From NCBI GenBank assembly GCA_033762915.1, contig JANRLD010000031.1, positions 15,442 through 79,441 of the forward strand: a stretch of DNA of 64,000 bases, given 5' to 3'. Positions 63,746-64,000 of the stretch are shown piece after piece; the stretch's first letter is position 1; each line of letters begins with the position of its first letter. The notes beneath the pieces are model-generated. The model saw only the letters and a list, made by a program, of their open reading frames with translations. It was not told the origin of the DNA and did not search any database. This DNA comes from Meiothermus sp. Its GTDB lineage: Bacteria > Deinococcota > Deinococci > Deinococcales > Thermaceae. Made by a program: the position numbers and the translations under genes.

Positions 63746-63860
63746 CAAGTTGCGCCAGGGCAGATTTGCAAGACCGGCGAACGCCGAAAACATGTGTCTG
63801 GTGCAATTCCCTACGGGTGTTTCGGGGCGGGTTCCTGCATTTCAACTATGGAGATACTTG
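63746..63860 (+). mobile_element. Family-1 MITE-like element, 115 bp
   Basis: CAAGTTGCGCCAGGGCAG ... CTATGGAGATACTTG; same length as the 15429 copy. Confidence 0.75.
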
Positions 63861-63874
63861 AGGGGTGCGCGTAT

Positions 63875-64000
63875 CTCAGCGCAGAGCGAGGAGCACGTCT
63901 TTGATCTGGGCAGGGGGTCGCCCCTGACGGAAGTTGAGGGCCATCAGCAGGACGTAGGCGAGAACGGCGGAGAGGCAAAGGGCTCGAACATTGAGCAGGC
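63875..64000 (-). other. 3' end of a gene entering the window; weak resemblance to a DDE transposase C-terminus
   Basis: LLNVRALCLSAVLAYVLLMALNFRQGRPPAQIK. Confidence 0.2.

Overview
GC-rich bacterial chromosomal window. A Thermaceae origin (Meiothermus/Calidithermus-like, Deinococcota) is inferred from the pervasive CTCGAG hexamer, the many apparently leaderless genes and the gene set. Housekeeping genes include cysS, gltB, recX, recO, spoVS, a DEAD-box helicase, an amidase, SpoIID and NlpC/P60. A [NiFe]-hydrogenase maturation cluster (hypC, second HypC-like, hypD, hypE, tandem-SIS, glutaredoxin-like, hypF) has no hydrogenase or hypA/B in the window. It is interrupted by a candidate metal-sensing, ribosome-stalling leader ORF (ending PTPPPRA) and a Met/His-rich DUF305/CopM-like gene. 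The window also has a SAM-I riboswitch operon (ssuA/C/B-like plus a MetY-CoA-binding fusion), an orphan N6-adenine methyltransferase, two AT-rich restriction-endonuclease-like genes, two intact and one decayed toxin-antitoxin modules, an internally deleted SulP beside a beta-carbonic anhydrase, and at least five families of small REP/MITE-like repeats. No rRNA, tRNA or CRISPR array was recognised. All family calls are from motif recognition by eye; no searches were run.
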